Of a stretch of 64,000 nucleotides of DNA, positions 59,376 to 64,000 are shown piece by piece; within the stretch, counting starts at the first letter, position 1, and each line of letters begins with the position of its first letter. Position numbers and translations under genes: made by a program. A model generated the notes under the pieces. It searched no databases. It was not told where the DNA came from and was given only the letters and a program-made list of their open reading frames with translations. The stretch comes from Selaginella moellendorffii (Eukaryota; Plantae; Lycopodiophyta), in assembly GCF_000143415.4 (NCBI RefSeq), contig NW_003314288.1, positions 930,735-994,734 on the forward strand. Reading direction: 5' to 3'.

Positions 59376-59902
59376 TGTTATGACACGGCATGAAAAGTCA
59401 ACGATCTAGTCTTCCTAAACTAGATTACACCTCCTTTTGAAATTCTTCACAGCTCAACCACCTCTGAACTACCTCAAAAAGTCCTCTACACTGCCGCTCC
59501 ACAATGAGCCCTATGTTAAGTTTTTTACCCTAACATGCCTTCATAAACCCTTGAGCCTCCCTTTGACTAACGTTAACCACATGGTCAAACAATTCTTCCC
59601 CTTAATAAAGTCTTTGTCCCAAGGATGAGTTGTACTAGTTTTCATCCTTTCTAGGGAACCCTGCTCTTAAGCTCTTGATCCATCTTTCATAGCCGTATAC
59701 ATCAAGGAGGCATTGGGCCCAGGATTTTGAGATAGTATACATTTCAATTGGCTAACATAAAATACGGAATGAATTTTCACCCCAATTGACAACTGCACCT
59801 GATAAGCCGCCTTACCGATGTGCTTCAGCACTTCATATGGGCCAGCATACCGATGAGAAAGTTTATCACTCTTCCCATTTCGCAAGGCACTAAAGTGTTC
59901 CA
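59376..59902 (-). mobile_element. 3' LTR plus integrase tail of the 31401-36145 gypsy family, cut off at about 59902
   Basis: TGTTATGAC at 59376 is the reverse complement of the LTR end; KSDKLSHRYAGPYEVL...KIHSVFYVSQLK on the minus strand. Confidence 0.9.
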
Positions 59903-60010
59903 GTGAGTTGGCAGGACAGGATCCCTGGGGGCTGGGTAGTTTTTGAGCTGAGCTCACGATCTAAGCTCAAGTCAATAAAAGTCAACGAAAGTCAAAGGAA
60001 GTCAATACAA
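59901..60010 (+). mobile_element. Putative left terminus of a DNA transposon (CAGTG... plus four GTCAA repeats at 10-bp period)
   Basis: Gypsy homology stops abruptly at CAGTGAGTTGG; GTCAATAAAA-GTCAACGAAA-GTCAAAGGAA-GTCAATAC at 59971-60008. No partner terminus in the window. Confidence 0.4.
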
Positions 60011-60205
60011 TCCCCTAACTAGCGAAAGTTTAATGGCACTACCTTAGTTCATCCCGAACCAAGAATTTTTAACATAAAATCTAGGTGTTTAAGGTATTCC
60101 ATAAGCTCATGTAGATTATTGGTTCGACATGAACTAATCTTTTAGTCTACAAAAAAAGAAAATAATATACTAAACAATATAATTTATATTAAAATCAGAA
60201 TATAT

Positions 60206-63200
60206 TCAATCTTCTTCTACTTCCATATCCAGAAAAGTAGAAATGGGTATAGTGGAATGCTCCTTCACTATAGGCTCGTGTTGTATGTAATGTTGTGCCA
60301 TACGTTTAGCATAAATAGGTAAGTGGAATTGACTTCAGTCCATATGATCATCCATATCATCAAGATCAAGTGTGTGGACTGAAACACTGTGTGTGATAAG
60401 TGTAGACCTAATAAAATAGAAACATTTGAGAATAAATATTATAGATTATTTCAAGCACTAACATCACTTGTCGCAAAATCTCATAAGAATGTCCTCAAAG
60501 GCACCCTCCTTCTCAAGTGCAAAAACTGCTCGGCCTGTCTCTTTTGCTGCCTGCACCATTGATCCAAATCCTGCTGTAGCATCAAGCACAATCCCCCTTG
60601 GCGGACAGAATAACTCCAACAAGATTTGCATGGCCGTGACTGAACGATGTCGATAACCAAGGAACGCTGGGTGAAGAACGTCTGAGTCAATGACATTTGG
60701 GATGATGTCTGTAGAGCTGTCATATCCTGGTAAAGCAAGAGCAGCACGCTCGTCAGCTCGTGTGGCATTACGCCGGTTCCCAATGTGGCATAGAGCATGG
60801 TAGTTCCAGGAATAAATCTGGAAAAAAAAAATAGAATAGAGTTAATTTATAAATAAAGAAGTCACACACCTTTCGCGTCTGCCTGCTAGTGCCTTTTGTG
60901 TCCACCGCCATACTCGAAAGAAGGCAGCCAGATGAAAACTCAACAAATCCATCATCGTTGTCAGCCAAGTGTGCAAGAAGGCCTTCCTACATTAGAGAGT
61001 GAGGAAGGATCATGACAACCACACCCTCGTATGTCATGAAGCTGCTCGCAACCTTTAAGGCTTGGGAAGTGTGTTGGGCCTGCAACACATTCCATGACGG
61101 AGTATCCCCCTGCGGCGGTGGCATCCCATCGGGAAGATCGAAAAATATGAAATCGATCTTCCCATAAGGTGTGAGCTGACCCAAACCATGGATCCACCGA
61201 TCAAGCATGTAGAGCTCCCAACTAGTAGCATCTAAAAGCTGTGTGTAATCCCCAATGAGAACAGCAACTTCCCCAACACTGGCCGTTGGGGATAGAGGGC
61301 GAACCTGAAAATCAACTATTAGAACTTGAAGATAAAATTCATGCTTACTAACCTGTTTATGCATCGCTGCAAAGGAGAGCTCTTCTAGGTCGTCATTTGT
61401 AGCCGTAGGGAGGGATGGGAAGAATGTCTTAGTCCGCCGAAAAGACTGATGGCTGCTCTCTGCAACATCTATAAAAAAAAAAGTGAAGTCAAGAATGAAT
61501 AAAAGAATGTTCCAAATCAAAGTCCTTACTCTCATGAAAGGCTTCATGACGGCCCCTTCGGGGGTTGCGAGGAGCAGGTGCTAGAATCTTTTGTGCTGGA
61601 ATTTCCTGTACAGTTTCCTCTAGTTCAACGGTATTTGAATTTGGCATCTCCTGAATGGTTTCCTGAGTGCTGACTCCTAGGTTTAGTTGTTGAACTTCAA
61701 CAACGTCATTATCACAATCAGAAAGAGCCTTTGGAACATAAGAATATAACTCAAGGTTAATATTTCCTAGCTAAGTGTTGAGTTTCAAGTGAACCTGGAT
61801 GATATTCAAGGTAGAGATCTAGCTCGAAGTCTGATGTTGGCATCTGCTCCACGAGTTCAAGGTACCACGGGCATAGCTCCCTCTCATGTGTACAAGGACA
61901 GTAGAACTCTGGCTCATACATCCCAAGCTTCTTGCCTCTAGTCAAGAGCTTCTGCAAAACACCAGTTGTGTATACCGGTGCGCCGGGGCAATATTTTAAA
62001 TATCTACAAAGTAAAACAAAAATATAAATACCAATATATAAATGAGAATTGAAAAAATACTTGTAAACCATGGGCCTCGCAAGAAATGGTTGTCCTGGTT
62101 GGTTCTTGAACTCAGCCGAACTCGTCCCACCACGTGGAAGCCAACCATTCCCTAGCTCCACAAGACAAGCACGAATATATTCTTCGAGAGTGATACCTGT
62201 GCGGGTGCTGGAAAGAAACTTCTCATCCTAGACTTGTAGCATCTCCTCACCAGCGGCAATACTCTGAGAAATGTACACCTTCTCCTTCATCACCTTCTCC
62301 ATCCTTATCTCGCAGCGTTTTTTGTTGTTTCACAGCCAAGTGTTGAGAAGTTCCAAGAAAACACTTTGTTCAGCCAAGGACATTTTACTCTTCGAGATGT
62401 TGTAAATGAGTTCCTCCTGTGCTTTACCAGTTCCTACACACACAAAGAGTTATGAAATGTTTCACAAATTTTATAAGAACTTACGAATGCGAGAACAAAT
62501 CTCGGCAATGCTATCAAGCCATTCCTTCCTGCGTCGTATGTCTGCAATCGAGAGCAACTTTTTCACCTTTGTTCTCTTTGTATTCAAAATTCGCTGCTCA
62601 ATCGCTTGCCACTCCATCTCCTTTTGTTGCTCATCTCCTTGGGCATTTTTAAAGAATGACACTCTTTCTCCTTTGATTATGGGCTGCAAGAAACATTATG
62701 TAAGTCGATACATCCTTCAATACTAATTTACCTTTGCCCAGACAGCAACTAGAAAGTCAAGTGGCAGTTGGTACCAAGTCTGCAATTCTTGGCCTTTCCT
62801 AGCTGCTAGCTTCACTTGAATTGCTTCAAATACCTCACGATTGTACAACGTTTGGACTTCCTCTAGCGAGAGCATGCCAATAAATCGAAGGTGCTCAATG
62901 TCATGTACCAATGTATGAGCTTGAAATGCAAATTGGTTTAGCCTGCAAAAACACAATATTTAACTAATTTTACAAAAAATAAATTCTTACATGTTGATCT
63001 TATGGCATGCCATGTTGAGCTTCACAGTGTGCTCCCGAGTCATTGGTTCGACAAGTGTGACTGGAACACTAATGTGTCATTCTTCGTCATCTCGGAACTT
63101 CTCTTGAATGCACTTCCAAAATGCCAGCCACCTATGGTTTCCATCGATCACCCAAAAGAGCTTTCCAATGAACCCTGCTGTCTTCACATGTTGTCCTAAG

Positions 63201-63919
63201 AATCCATCAAACTCACGAGACTTTCGCAGCCATATAGGATCCCATTTTTCCTCAAGTTCAGTAGTCACTGACTCTGTCCGGCTGGTTCTAGGGAAAGTTG
63301 GTGAAACGATGAAGGTACCAGCTGTGCTCCCAAACCCGACCTCGGCAAAGGAGCTGTAGATAGCTATGTTGAGGTCGTAAGCTGAGCGCACCCAATGGCT
63401 TTGAACCAATCGGCACAAAGGAACTAGAAATCAATGAGGGCCATTCCACGCCATTTTCTGTAACACTTTAGTGACTATCCGTTCTTGAGCTTGGATAATC
63501 GTGTCCCAAACACGATCATTCAAGATGGTGTCAGAATCATGCATGCATAATCCCTCACCACCACTAGCTCCCCCTGCACCACCAGCCTGAGGAGTAGTAG
63601 GAGCAGCTACCATGCCCCCAGTAGCCTCTGTAGTAGATCCACCTACAACGCTACCAATAACATCCTCAGCTGGTTCATCGACCTGGCCGCGAACAGCCTC
63701 AGCAACCGAAGGCACAGCACCCCCACCACCGGCAACATCAGATACAAGTACCCCACCACCAGTACCCGCAGCCTCAGGAGCACTAGTACCAACAGCCTCA
63801 ATAACACTAACATCGATTTGAGTGTTCATCTCAACATCCATGTCATTGTTATGCTCATCGTTGCCTCCAGCATGACTAGCCGAAACTTCATTGGATACTT
63901 GAGATGAATCTCCACTCAA
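60206..63919 (-). pseudogene. Multi-exon gene for a ParB/Srx-like domain plus beta-class N6-adenine/N4-cytosine DNA methyltransferase-like domain; several in-frame stops
   Basis: FWVIDGNHRWLA (VIDGNHR at 63131-63151). VLIGD...KIDFIFFDLPDG (motif IV-like DLPD at 61128-61139) precedes LLELFCPPRGIVLDATAGFGSMVQAAKETGRAVFALE (motif I at 60560-60589). Short GT-AG introns, e.g. 62990-62943, about 62731-62685, 61351-61306, about 60869-60818. Confidence 0.78.
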
Positions 63920-64000
63920 TCGGCCAAGCCCACAGCGATCAAGGCGGCTGCCTTTTCCTGGAGATCGAGACCATTGAGGCTGGCCTCGGCACTTCCTCTA

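Larger units (their letters stand above)
55400..59902 (-). repeat. Inverted segmental duplication of about 35620-37935 (the left copy lacks about 56070-58410)
   Basis: Shared order: gypsy 3' end and LTR with the identical CAATT flank (36146 vs reverse complement 59371-59375), PPR 5' part, AT-rich spacer, fucosidase 3' end. Confidence 0.9.

Noticed and set aside
60206-63919. Bacterial or phage contamination as the source of the ParB-MTase sequence
   Set aside because: The gene has several short GT-AG spliceosomal introns and is contiguous with plant retroelement sequence.

Overview
Plant nuclear DNA rich in transposons, with short spliceosomal introns and expanded PLS-class PPR genes. It is most consistent with the lycophyte Selaginella (inference, not verified). 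About 12-25.7 kb is duplicated in tandem at about 39.4-54.7 kb, and about 35.6-37.9 kb is duplicated in inverted orientation at about 55.4-59.9 kb, amid nested, decayed Ty3/gypsy, LINE and PIF/Harbinger elements. Three observations stand out. (1) An intact 1245-aa PLS-PPR-E1-E2-DYW (WW-type) editing factor at 49387-53124 has an N-terminal PDF motif, the ssDNA-binding module of plant organellar OSB proteins. (2) Its PPR tract is a near-identical 333-bp tandem array in which two 5' half-alleles and two 3' half-alleles of the P motif combine to give all four PPR-code pairs (NN, ND, TN, TD). A paralog at 21.9-23.6 kb has fewer units and differs preferentially at code positions. (3) A decayed, intron-containing minus-strand gene at about 60.2-63.9 kb joins a ParB/Srx-like domain to a prokaryote-type beta-class N6A/N4C DNA methyltransferase domain, probably inside a DNA transposon. 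Also present are a head-to-head pair of non-coding LTR elements forming a 2.3-kb inverted repeat, pseudogene fragments of RRP5 and alpha-L-fucosidase, an SS-rich PPR-E gene, and a 618-N assembly gap. All family assignments come from motifs recognised by eye; no database search was run.
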